Below are positions 50,893-60,154 of a stretch of 64,000 nucleotides of DNA, one piece after another. The notes under the pieces are model-generated. The model worked only from the letters and a program-made list of their open reading frames with translations. It was not told the origin of the DNA and ran no database searches. This DNA is from Chloroflexota bacterium (lineage in GTDB: Bacteria > Chloroflexota > UBA11872 > VXOZ01). Positions within the stretch are counted from its first letter, which is position 1, and every line of letters begins with the position of its first letter. Position numbers and translations under genes: made by a program. The stretch covers positions 544,001 through 608,000 of the forward strand of contig OZ219801.1 in NCBI GenBank assembly GCA_964291655.2, given 5' to 3'.

Positions 50893-52515
50893 ATGGCTTT
50901 CGATGTCATACTCTCAATTGGGCTGCTAATCGTCGTCGCGAAGCTCTTGGAGGGTGTGTTCCGTCAGTTTCGACTTAACTCAATCGTGGCCTATACTGCG
51001 GCGGGCGTGGCGTTAGGCCCAATTGCCGGCGTCATCGAGCCTACGGAAGAATTGCAGGTACTGCTCGGTATCGGCATCTTTCTCTTCTTCTTTCTCATTG
51101 GCCTCGATGAGATTGATATTTCCGGCTTTATAGCCACAATTCGCGGCCGTTTCTTTGTGGCCGCGACCCTATCGGTCATGATTTCTCTCCTGCTGGCGCT
51201 TGGCGTTACCTCCGATATTTTCTTTGACTTCGGTCTGGGCCTGGACTTCACGGAAGCGCTGGCATTGTCAGGGATCCTGTCGCTTTCCAGCCTTGGTTTG
51301 GTAAGCAAAGTTCTCGCCGATGAAGGTCATCTGCGCAAGCCAATCGGCATCCAGATTTTCGTCACCGTTCTGATTGCGGAATTGATCGCGTTGCTCATTG
51401 TGGGGTTTACTATTGGCGAGCACGTGGCGGAAATCAACGTGCAGAGCATCCTCATTCTCCTGGCGAAGATCGTCGGCTTCACGCTCGTTACGTGGATTCT
51501 CTCCAGTCGCGTGATCCCGCCTTTGATCGTACTCTTGAAACGTACGTTGCACGTGCCCCAGCTCTCATTCGGCTTACTGATCGGCGGGCTCTTTGTGGTG
51601 GTTGGTATCTCCGAAGCTGTGGGCACCCACGGCTCACTGGGGGCATTGCTCTTTGGCGCCGCCCTCTCCGGTCTGCCCTACCAACTGCGCCAGGACATCG
51701 TACCGGGCATGCGGAGCGCTGCCGAAGGGTTGTTTGTACCCCTCTTCTTCGCCTCGGCTGGGCTACATCTCAGTCTCTCCTTTACGGAGTTGCCGATTGA
51801 GACTATTCTCGCGCTGGTGAGTGTTCCGCTCGTGGGCAAATTCGCCGGTTCTCTCGTCGGCGCCTTTGTATCGCGGCTGGAAATGCCGTTCGCCCTCGCG
51901 ACGGGGCTGATGGCAAAGGGCGTTGCGGAAATTGCTTTGCTCTTGGTGCTCCTGGAAACCGGCATTGTCGGGGATGACATCTTTTCACTCCTCGTGCTCA
52001 TCATGTTCGCGTACATCTTGCTGGCGCCGTCGGTAATCAACTATGCCGTAAACCGCGCCAAGCCTTCGGAAAAGACAACGCTGCCCGATTCAATTCCAGC
52101 GTCTCTGGCGCGCTTTGCCCTCGACGACATTACCGTCAACGACATACTTGACCGCACGCGCACCTATCCTGAACCGCAGATTTCGGTGCGAAAGTTCGTG
52201 GATCAGTGGCTCATCCCCCAGCAACACGACTATGTGATCGCGGATAATGGGAACATCTCCGGAATTGTTTCATTGGGCATGCTGCGCTACTTGCCGAAGG
52301 AAGCATGGTCCACGACTCAGCTGGAGAAAGTCGTGCGCCGGAAAACACCAATGGCCCGACCCGACGAGCCGATAGAAGACGTGCTCCAACGCATGATGGA
52401 AAACTCACTAACGGTCATTCCGGTGGTGGAAGAGGACAGTGAGAAGTTTCTCGGAGTGGTTTCCCGGCAGGACGTTGTGGACCTCATAACGCTGGAAGCC
52501 CGCGGGGCGCACTAG
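50893..52515 (+). CDS. Cation:proton antiporter (CPA2) with C-terminal CBS domains
   Basis: About 12 TM, FVPLFFASAGL, MAKG; tandem CBS motifs at the C-terminus. Confidence 0.88.
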   Translation: MAFDVILSIGLLIVVAKLLEGVFRQFRLNSIVAYTAAGVALGPIAGVIEPTEELQVLLGIGIFLFFFLIGLDEIDISGFIATIRGRFFVAATLSVMISLLLALGVTSDIFFDFGLGLDFTEALALSGILSLSSLGLVSKVLADEGHLRKPIGIQIFVTVLIAELIALLIVGFTIGEHVAEINVQSILILLAKIVGFTLVTWILSSRVIPPLIVLLKRTLHVPQLSFGLLIGGLFVVVGISEAVGTHGSLGALLFGAALSGLPYQLRQDIVPGMRSAAEGLFVPLFFASAGLHLSLSFTELPIETILALVSVPLVGKFAGSLVGAFVSRLEMPFALATGLMAKGVAEIALLLVLLETGIVGDDIFSLLVLIMFAYILLAPSVINYAVNRAKPSEKTTLPDSIPASLARFALDDITVNDILDRTRTYPEPQISVRKFVDQWLIPQQHDYVIADNGNISGIVSLGMLRYLPKEAWSTTQLEKVVRRKTPMARPDEPIEDVLQRMMENSLTVIPVVEEDSEKFLGVVSRQDVVDLITLEARGAH

Positions 52516-52876
52516 CCACCCGTCTAAGAGACACTCGGTCGAAATTGCCGATTACTTTGCCCTCCACAGGCGAGTGAAGAGCCCAGTGCGGATGCCGGTT
52601 CCTCTATGGGGAAACCTGCAAATCACCCCGTCATTCCGGCGCAAGCCGGAATCCAGCGGCGAGTGGGTGGCTTGCCATTGCTCGCCTTCAAGTCGTTCTT
52701 CACCCCAATCCCGAACTCTCTCCCTCAAAGGAAAGCAATTCGTAAAGGTCTCAATTGGGAGCGTAGCTATCCCGTTTGCATGAAAACAGGCACCCCTCCC
52801 GCTGTCATCGAATCTGCTACCATGAAGCGAAAGCCTGTATTGAGCACACCCCAAAACGATAGGATTTAGGACTTCT

Positions 52877-54055
52877 ATGAGCGCCGTCGATGCCAGCCGC
52901 ATACAAGCAACCGCAGACCTCCTTTCCGCCCTCGTCAGCATTCCGAGCATGAATCCGGCCTTTATGGCCGATGGCTCCGGCGGCGAGAGTGGGCTTGCCG
53001 ACTTCGTGGAGTCCCAGCTACAGGACCTCGGCATGGAGACTCAGCAACACGAAGTGCTGCCGGGGCGGTCTAACGTCTTCGGCCGGCTGCGCGTGCCCAA
53101 CTCCAAGGGTCTGTTGCTCTTCGAGTGCCACATGGACACGGTCGGCGTAGATACATGGGGGCCGGAAGCCTTGGAGCCACGGGTGGACGGGACTACGCTG
53201 CACGGGCGGGGCTCCTGCGATGCCAAGGGCTGCCTGGCCGGCATGATACTGGCCATCCGCGAACTGGCAAAGCACCCGGAAGACCTTGACTATGACATTG
53301 GGTTGCTCGGCGTCGTTGATGAAGAATACCGCTTTCGCGGCATCGTCGGCTTCATAGAGCAAGGGATTGAAGTAACGGCAGCGGTGATTGGCGAACCAAC
53401 AAGGCTTGAGCTGGTGACCGCCACGAAAGGCGCGGTGCGCTTCACGCTGCAAACCAAGGGCAGGCCCGCCCATAGCAGCCAGCCTGAACGGGGCAATAAC
53501 GCGATCTACCAGATGGTCGACGTTATTCACCACTTGCGCGAAACGCTGGACCCGCGCTTCGCGGCGCGCTCACATGCGCTGGTAGGGTATCCCACCTGGG
53601 CCATCGGCATCATCCACGGCGGCCACGCGGCAAATGTCATTCCGGAGACCTGCGAGGTGGTGGTGGACCGCCGCATCATTCCAGGTGAGACTTCGGAGGG
53701 GTCAATCCGGGAATTCGAAGAGGCCATGGAGCAACTCGCGGCAACCAAGCCGGACCTGCATCCCAGTGTCGCTTCGCGCGACCTCGCCGATTGGCCGCTG
53801 GATACCGCGGAAGATGAGGCAATCGTGCAAGCCGCCATGCGCGCACTGCGGGCGCACAACCTCCCACCGGAGCCGCAGGGCGTGACCTACGGCACGGACG
53901 CCAGCAAGCTGCAAGTCAAGAGCGGCGTGCCCTGCATCGTCTATGGCCCCGGCGACATTGGCTACGCCCACACCGACCACGAGCGCGTCGACCTCACCGA
54001 AGTCGTCCAAAGCGCCGACGTCTACGCCCAAATCGCCCGCGAGTTCAAGCCCTAG
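52877..54055 (+). CDS. M20 metallopeptidase (ArgE/DapE family)
   Basis: HMDTV, GRGSCDAKG, DEE, GEPT, AHSSQP, GTDAS, AHTDHE. Confidence 0.92.
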   Translation: MSAVDASRIQATADLLSALVSIPSMNPAFMADGSGGESGLADFVESQLQDLGMETQQHEVLPGRSNVFGRLRVPNSKGLLLFECHMDTVGVDTWGPEALEPRVDGTTLHGRGSCDAKGCLAGMILAIRELAKHPEDLDYDIGLLGVVDEEYRFRGIVGFIEQGIEVTAAVIGEPTRLELVTATKGAVRFTLQTKGRPAHSSQPERGNNAIYQMVDVIHHLRETLDPRFAARSHALVGYPTWAIGIIHGGHAANVIPETCEVVVDRRIIPGETSEGSIREFEEAMEQLAATKPDLHPSVASRDLADWPLDTAEDEAIVQAAMRALRAHNLPPEPQGVTYGTDASKLQVKSGVPCIVYGPGDIGYAHTDHERVDLTEVVQSADVYAQIAREFKP

Positions 54056-54283
54056 TGTTCCTTCGCGCAAGAGGAATGTGTCAGTCGTACCTGGAACGCT
54101 TCCAGCTAGCAATGGTGCAGTTTTCCGTCATTTGTATGTTGAATAAGGTCAGGAAATGAGCGCATAAAAACGGTTACGCAAGGTCGCGTCGTCCGTCATC
54201 CCCGCGAAATCGGGAATCCATCTTCTGAACCACCGCGCTGCAAGCTAGCAGCAAGACAATCTATTAGAATCGCACACTAAGCC

Positions 54284-55597
54284 TCACGTCTCCAAACTCT
54301 CGGAGAGCACGGAGCAGGCTTGGTTGACCGCGGAAGTCACCTCATCGCCGCGCACGAGCGCCTCCACTATGTTCCTCATCGCGCGAGATTGCCCCACATC
54401 TGACGGCAGTGCTCGCCCATGCTCCATCGAATGCTGTATAGCCACGACTTCATCGGGTTGGATAGTCGATCGGTTATCTAGGAGCCGCGCCACGGCTTCT
54501 CTCTCTGTTGGTACGTTGACGTACGGTTCCATTGTATGCAACAGTCCTCTCAACGCAGTGTATGCTGCCTCGGGATTGGAAGTTTTTGCGACAATCGCAA
54601 TACCTGCATACGATTCGACCGGAACACTTAGCACTTTGCCCCGGGCCAGTTCTGCCCGGCGATAATTGTCGCTGGGCGACCCGAAAGGGATAGTGTCGTA
54701 TACCATCGCCGGAGGCGACCCCGCCGAAGGGTGAATGAGATTCAATAGATCAGCACCGCTAGCCGGTGGAGATACGTGGTGTAAATGTATCAGATCGCGA
54801 AAAAACTCAAGCGCTTCGATAGCAACCGGTTCCTGCAATCGACACTGCGACGAAATCGCGTCAATCATCTCCGCTTGATTCTGCCAAAGGGCCCACCAGA
54901 TGGTCCAATTGTGCGTTGCCAATCCCCAACGCGATATTGTGCCTCCCTCTCCTCGCTCTGTTAGCTTGAGCGCTTTGTCGACCAAGTCATTCCAGTCCCA
55001 AGTACCATCTGGTGGCGGGATTCCCAACTTCGCAAAGTAATCAACATCGTAGAAGAGCATCAGAGGGAACGAGTCCGTCGGTAGGGCGTAAAGCGCACCA
55101 CTCTCTCGAAACACATCCAGGACGGGCGAATAGAATTCCCGTTCAAAGTCTGAGCTATCTGCACCGCCGAACTGGTCCAGGGGCAGTAGTACACCCATTT
55201 CCCCTAACACGCGCGCCTCATCATGCCATACTGTCACGAGGTCGGCGCCAATTTCTCCCAGCCACGCCGCCAAATGCTCCGATTTGCGGTACAGTTCTGC
55301 ATCAGGATCTGAATAGGACCCAGCATAGTGCTCGTAGTATTCCAGTGCGAGACTGTACCGGCCTCCCGCCGGGCCATACTGGCTTCCATCATAGTCTGCC
55401 AATTCTTGCTCTATCCGACGGAGCTTTTCCTCAAAAGACTCATTACCGGACCCAGTGTTGAGACCTGTAATTGGGCGGGAGAGCCAGGTCAATGGAACCG
55501 GACGTGGCGCGCCTAGGAGTGGCAGAGAAAAATCCAGACCGCCACAGCCAGCCGCGAGAACAGCAGCGCTACCAATAATCGCTCGGCGAGTTAGCAT
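54284..55597 (-). CDS. Extracellular solute-binding lipoprotein (Tat), paralog 1
   Basis: MLTRRAII...LAAGC; LLPLD, LYALP, LFYDVDYF, WDWNDL; RBS AAGGAGG. Confidence 0.82.
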   Translation of the reverse strand: MLTRRAIIGSAAVLAAGCGGLDFSLPLLGAPRPVPLTWLSRPITGLNTGSGNESFEEKLRRIEQELADYDGSQYGPAGGRYSLALEYYEHYAGSYSDPDAELYRKSEHLAAWLGEIGADLVTVWHDEARVLGEMGVLLPLDQFGGADSSDFEREFYSPVLDVFRESGALYALPTDSFPLMLFYDVDYFAKLGIPPPDGTWDWNDLVDKALKLTERGEGGTISRWGLATHNWTIWWALWQNQAEMIDAISSQCRLQEPVAIEALEFFRDLIHLHHVSPPASGADLLNLIHPSAGSPPAMVYDTIPFGSPSDNYRRAELARGKVLSVPVESYAGIAIVAKTSNPEAAYTALRGLLHTMEPYVNVPTEREAVARLLDNRSTIQPDEVVAIQHSMEHGRALPSDVGQSRAMRNIVEALVRGDEVTSAVNQACSVLSESLET

Positions 55598-55619
55598 GGC
55601 GGTCCTCCTTCGCCGGCCT

Positions 55620-56906
55620 TCAGGCTTGCTGGTACTCACGGGCGACGGCACAGGCCTCGTTGACCACACTAGCCACTTCATCGCCATGTACGATGCCCTG
55701 GAGCGCTGAGTCCATCGCGAACAGCGCCGGCACGCTCCGTGGCCAAGCGCGTCCATGTTCCATGGACCGCTGTATTGCTAGGACATCTTCGGGGTGAAGG
55801 TCCGACCGAGTTTCTTCCAGCCGGGCTATGGGATCTCTCTTGGCAGGGACCACCACATGCTCCTGCAAGGCGTCGACAAGTCCCTTAAGGGCAGTATACG
55901 CCGCTTGAGGGTTCTCAGTTCGCGCGACAATGCCAATCCCCATGTCACCATACACGGGAACGCTGTGCACTTTGCCCCGCGGCAACTCGGCTAGGTGATA
56001 GTGTCCCGGCGGGCGTATAGGAGGACTGCTATACACTATGGCCGGCGCGAATCTTGCCGGCTCGAATACAAGCTTCGCTAGGTCCATGTACAGGGCCGCA
56101 GGTGAGACACGATGCGTGTGCAGCAAGCTGTGCGCGAACTGCAGGGATGTGATAGCGGCCGGTTCCTGCAGCCGACACTGCAACGTCACGGGATCTACGG
56201 CCTCCGCCTCGTTCTGCCATAGTGCCCACCAGAGTTGGCTACCGTGCGCCGCCAATCCCCAGCGCGTTACTGAACCGTCTTCCCTGCGCTTGGTCAGCCT
56301 TAGCGCGCTCTCCACCAGATCACTCCAGTCCCAATTACCGTCTACCGGCGGTGAGACCTCCTCCAACGCGAAGTAATCGGCGTCGTAGTAGAGCATCAGC
56401 GGACGGGCGTCCACCGGCAGCGCGTAGAGCTCTCCCTGCCGAAATTGCTCCACCACGCTGGGGTAGAAGGCCTGTTCTAGGGCGGCGCCATCGGTTGCAA
56501 TGAACTGGTCTAATGGCAGCAACACGCCCTCTTCCCCGAGCGCCCGCGCACCTTCCGGTGACACATTCACAAGATCTGCCTCTAGGTCGTGCAGCCAGTC
56601 AACGAACGTCTCCTCGCCTAACTCCGATGTCTTTTCCACGTGCCGCAGCGTAAGATGATACTTGCCGCGCTTCTGGCCATTAGAGTTCCCATTGTCTTCC
56701 TCCAGCGTTGTCACCGCCTTTTGAAGTTTTTCCACAGGTCGCAGTCCATTCCCCGTGAGATCGCTAAGGCCAAGATGGTTCCCAAGAGAGATCCAGGTTA
56801 GCTCGGCCCCTTGCGGTGCGCTTGGCGCGGAAAAGAAAGACCCAAGAGGGCCACAACCGGCTGCGAGCACCGCCGCGCTGGCGATCACTGTTCGTCGTGA
56901 AAGCAT
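55620..56906 (-). CDS. Extracellular solute-binding lipoprotein (Tat), paralog 2
   Basis: MLSRRTVI...LAAGC; same motifs as paralog 1; RBS AAGGAG. Confidence 0.82.
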   Translation of the reverse strand: MLSRRTVIASAAVLAAGCGPLGSFFSAPSAPQGAELTWISLGNHLGLSDLTGNGLRPVEKLQKAVTTLEEDNGNSNGQKRGKYHLTLRHVEKTSELGEETFVDWLHDLEADLVNVSPEGARALGEEGVLLPLDQFIATDGAALEQAFYPSVVEQFRQGELYALPVDARPLMLYYDADYFALEEVSPPVDGNWDWSDLVESALRLTKRREDGSVTRWGLAAHGSQLWWALWQNEAEAVDPVTLQCRLQEPAAITSLQFAHSLLHTHRVSPAALYMDLAKLVFEPARFAPAIVYSSPPIRPPGHYHLAELPRGKVHSVPVYGDMGIGIVARTENPQAAYTALKGLVDALQEHVVVPAKRDPIARLEETRSDLHPEDVLAIQRSMEHGRAWPRSVPALFAMDSALQGIVHGDEVASVVNEACAVAREYQQA

Positions 56907-56984
56907 TGTCTCGCTCCTTTTATGCCTATGACAAACGAGTCTTGCCACTTTGGCCTAGAAGTGCCCATTATGCCTGAATAATCA

Positions 56985-57026
56985 GAGCGCCCGCACAAAG
57001 CCTTCGCAACTTCCGCGCAGGCGCTC
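56985..57026 (-). terminator. RNA hairpin downstream of the Cys-rich peptide gene
   Basis: 12-bp stem GAGCGCCTGCGC/GTGCGGGCGCTC, fully paired only on the minus strand (G-U pairs). Confidence 0.55.
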
Positions 57027-57075
57027 CAATCCTACCTAAACCTGAGGTCATGCGGATATGCCCGGCGTACTTAAA

Positions 57076-57417
57076 CTACGCACTTGGGCACGGTCTGTTT
57101 GGGATTATGCAACCGCAACCTCCGTAGTAAGTCTTCGTCGGGCAAGTCTTCCCGGTATAGCAGTTCTCGCCCTCTACCCTCTTAACATACGGCCTCTTGC
57201 TAGAGTGGCAACGCTCGCCGCAGGAGCCGCAGAATGTGGTGGTGTTAGTTACACAGAAATGGCTCCCGTCGCAATGATCAGCATAGGCCGCTCTAGTGAA
57301 CAACACAGAGAGTACGGCAGCACCACCAACGGCACCAGCAACTCTCCCCAGAAAGCCGCGGCGATTCATGCTAGCTTTCGCCAGGCTCTCGCTCGCTTGC
57401 GCAATCAACTTATCCAT
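57076..57417 (-). CDS. Tat-exported 10-Cys mini-protein with MauA-like leader
   Basis: RBS GGGAGG; NRRGFL Tat motif, AYA cleavage site; 67-aa mature region with 10 Cys and no Trp. Confidence 0.85.
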   Translation of the reverse strand: MDKLIAQASESLAKASMNRRGFLGRVAGAVGGAAVLSVLFTRAAYADHCDGSHFCVTNTTTFCGSCGERCHSSKRPYVKRVEGENCYTGKTCPTKTYYGGCGCIIPNRPCPSA

Positions 57418-57517
57418 GGGTTTACCTCCCATGTGTTGCCTGCATTGCGTCTTGAGATGCGACTCATGCGCGGGGCGTCGTCACGCTGCGGTGTGAGCAC
57501 GCACAGGTAGACGGACG

Positions 57518-58090
57518 TTACCCGCTCACACTCTTTGGCGAACTGCCGGTCGTCGCATCTTTAGCGAGCAGCTCGCCTAGCACATGCACATCATTCACCA
57601 CCCCCTTTTCGGCTACATTTCCTTCCACATCCACGACAAAGCCGAACGGCGTCCAGCTACTGCCGTAGAGGTCGGCAATCTCATGCTCCTGCTGGATGAC
57701 CAGCGGCCACGAGAGCTTGAATTCATCCACCATCTCTTGGTTCTGCTCCCGGCTGCCGCCGCTCACGAGCATCAAAATCACATCTTGCGCTTCAATACGA
57801 TCCGCTTCTCCGTTTAGGCTTGCGAAAAGCTCTTTGCAGGGCGGGCAGGTGGGATGGACGAAGAGCACCAGCAGGCGCTCGCCGATCATGGTCTCCAGGT
57901 CTACAGTCCCATTGAGACCCTCGCCCTGGAAGAGCGGCGCTTGGCTGCCGACGGCAAGTCCCATGTCAGGCTCTTCCCCGACCCGCAATCTCAGTTCGCC
58001 GATTTGCCGCATGAGGCCGATGACGATGAAGGCAAGCAGGCCGATAAAGACCCACTGCAGGAGGTACGATGCGAGCCAGATGCCTTCCAT
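57518..58090 (-). CDS. MauD-like membrane-anchored thioredoxin-fold protein
   Basis: N-terminal TM, RQIG, G..VG..AP.F, FVHPTCPPCK, TPFGFVVD..G...KGVVN. Confidence 0.85.
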   Translation of the reverse strand: MEGIWLASYLLQWVFIGLLAFIVIGLMRQIGELRLRVGEEPDMGLAVGSQAPLFQGEGLNGTVDLETMIGERLLVLFVHPTCPPCKELFASLNGEADRIEAQDVILMLVSGGSREQNQEMVDEFKLSWPLVIQQEHEIADLYGSSWTPFGFVVDVEGNVAEKGVVNDVHVLGELLAKDATTGSSPKSVSG

Positions 58091-58201
58091 GTCTGTCGCC
58101 TCCGGTCTAGGTCCACTTTGGTTGAGACTCTAATGCGCCCTACTTGCCAATCCAGTGAAGATGGATTCCCGCTATCGCGGGAGTGACGGACCCCACTACC
58201 C

Positions 58202-58738
58202 CTAACGTGACTGAGAAATCGTGCGCAGTCGCAGGAACTCGGCGACTACGAGAGCTACAGCCCAAGCGCCTACCGTGAATACGACAACCCCAGCGAGGCC
58301 ACGCAAATTGCCGTCCAATTCTTCTGAAAGCAACGGTATTGGTCTGGCCGTAAGTACCAACAGCCCGAGCAATACAAGAACTGCAACTTGCTTGAAAATT
58401 GTGGCCTTGCCCAGGGGTTGGCCCCCCGCTCCGAAGCAGTAGCAATCAATACCGCCCCGCCCTTGCGTGAGAGCGAGCGATGAAACCGCGAGAAAGAGCG
58501 AGACGAGGCCGATTCCCAGCCAGACCCCCCACATCACCGCCATGCCAGTGATGAGCAGGGAGCCACAGAGGAGTTCTAACAAAGGAATTGCGCCGCTCAG
58601 GTATGGAAGCGCGCGAGGAGGCACGACGCCAAATCCGTGCACCGCAGCCTCAAATTCAGCAAGGTGCAGTAGCTTGGCGGCGGGCAGAAATACACCGCCC
58701 ACGAACAGTTGGAGCCTGAGTATGCCACCCTGTACCAT
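58202..58738 (-). CDS. MauE/DoxX family membrane protein
   Basis: GGVFL..AKL, PLLEL..G.LL, GIDCYCFG; ATG 58738 after GGAAGGAG. Confidence 0.85.
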   Translation of the reverse strand: MVQGGILRLQLFVGGVFLPAAKLLHLAEFEAAVHGFGVVPPRALPYLSGAIPLLELLCGSLLITGMAVMWGVWLGIGLVSLFLAVSSLALTQGRGGIDCYCFGAGGQPLGKATIFKQVAVLVLLGLLVLTARPIPLLSEELDGNLRGLAGVVVFTVGAWAVALVVAEFLRLRTISQSR

Positions 58739-58820
58739 TGGGCCGCTCCTTCCGCTCCGCGAAGGGCCGACGACATACCTGCCTTGTACTATCGTATTGA
58801 GGGACATCCATATCAATACT

Positions 58821-58848
58821 AGCATATCATTGTTAGGCTGTATGTCAA
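58821..58848 (-). promoter_or_regulatory. Sigma70-type promoter for the mauE-like operon
   Basis: TTGACA-16 nt-TATGCT with TG extension, in an AT-rich region. Confidence 0.5.
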
Positions 58849-59001
58849 CCTTACAAATGATAGAACTAAACCGGTCTTATTGAGTATTACAAAACTACAC
58901 TTGCGGTACAGGGCATGTATCGAGAATAGACTTGCGGGGCCGGAGCCGTGCAAGGGGAGGGGACAGATACCGAGCTCAAGTCTTGAGTCTCGCCCGGTGG
59001 C

Positions 59002-59763
59002 CTACGAGTCAAGCTGGGGTGGGGGGAGAAGTTGCTGGATGTGCGCCATGGCGGCGTCGACGTGGCGCTTGCCGTCTTGCAAGCTGAAGCTCACGTGGCC
59101 GGGGAAGAACTGCGTGAATTCCAGTTTGGCAAAGCGCTTTACGGTGGCGATGGATTCCTCTAGCGAGCAATCCCAGATGTTCTGGAGTAGGATGCGCCCG
59201 CCGAAGAAGAGGGCGTCGCCGCAAAAGAGAGCGCGGTTCAGGCCGTCTCCGGGGCTCGCGCCGTCATCTACTAAGAACGCCAGATGGCCCTGGCTATGCC
59301 CATCGGCCTTCACGACCGTCACAGCGAGGGAACCCAAACGAATAACGTCTCCATCGGAGGCATCGGTCGCGGACGCCACCGGCCGCAAGCGGTTTTCTAC
59401 CGGATACATACCGGTCTGACGCGCGGCCACCAGGCTCGCGGCCTCTTCATCACCCGTCTCAAGCCATCCTGCCACGTCGTGGGAAGCGACAATCTCGGCG
59501 CCACACAGTTGCTGCAATTCCGCCGCGCCGCCGGCATGATCGAGGTGCAGATGCGTGATGAAAATCTTTGAAATGTCGCTGGGACCAAAACCTGCCGCCT
59601 CTATCTGGTCCACAATCGCCGGCACGTCTCTGCCCACGCCGGTGTCAATGAGTGCCAGCTCCGTACCGCCGTCCAACAGATACACATGGCAATCCAACGG
59701 GTGGGTAAGGCTGAATCCGTTCTGGCCGCTACCAACGAGATGAACGGTATCCGTGAGCTGCAT
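59002..59763 (-). CDS. MBL-fold metallo-hydrolase
   Basis: LIDTG, THLHLDH, GHSQGH, FCGD, FPGH. Confidence 0.92.
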   Translation of the reverse strand: MQLTDTVHLVGSGQNGFSLTHPLDCHVYLLDGGTELALIDTGVGRDVPAIVDQIEAAGFGPSDISKIFITHLHLDHAGGAAELQQLCGAEIVASHDVAGWLETGDEEAASLVAARQTGMYPVENRLRPVASATDASDGDVIRLGSLAVTVVKADGHSQGHLAFLVDDGASPGDGLNRALFCGDALFFGGRILLQNIWDCSLEESIATVKRFAKLEFTQFFPGHVSFSLQDGKRHVDAAMAHIQQLLPPPQLDS

Positions 59764-59861
59764 GAGACAATCTCTTTCTAGCGGGTGCCTAGGCGTTTAC
59801 TTGCGAACCAATCGGCTTCAGGCCGGACCGGCGCTACTTCCCCCTCACCCCAACCCTCTCC

Positions 59862-60046
59862 CCAGGGAGAGAGAGTTTTTTCGACTTCAGGCTTGCGTCT
59901 TGCAATGGTATTCCAGGGAGATTGTTTCCACTCGACTTCAGGGCTGGATTCTGAAGTAGCCTCCCCAGGAGAGGAAGTTTCATTGGCTTCAGGCCTGAGC
60001 GATTCAGATCAGTTTCAAGGTGAGGGGGTCAGTTCAATCTCAGGCC
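59862..60046. repeat. Degenerate 51-nt tandem repeat (4 units) following a REP palindrome
   Basis: Units start at ~59862, 59913, 59964 and 60015, each CCAGG(G)AGA...TCAGG. Confidence 0.55.
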
Positions 60047-60154
60047 CAAGTCGTGCATGAGCCCCTGAATGGGATAGCACAATGCCACTTGCTAACCCAG
60101 GTACTGCAGAGCTTGTCCCGCACCTGGAACACGAGGCTCCCGCCAAAGAGTCAC

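Noticed and set aside
52609-52752. Second copy of the GAGACCTTT-ended MITE
   Set aside because: The right end (GTAAAGGTCTC) fits, but the left end is too degenerate and no TSD is evident.
57076-57417. Methylamine dehydrogenase small subunit (mauA)
   Set aside because: No Trp for TTQ, the mature part is too short, and there is no mauB or mauG in the window.
59862-60046. CRISPR array
   Set aside because: The repeats are far too divergent and there are no cas genes; kept only as a degenerate tandem repeat.
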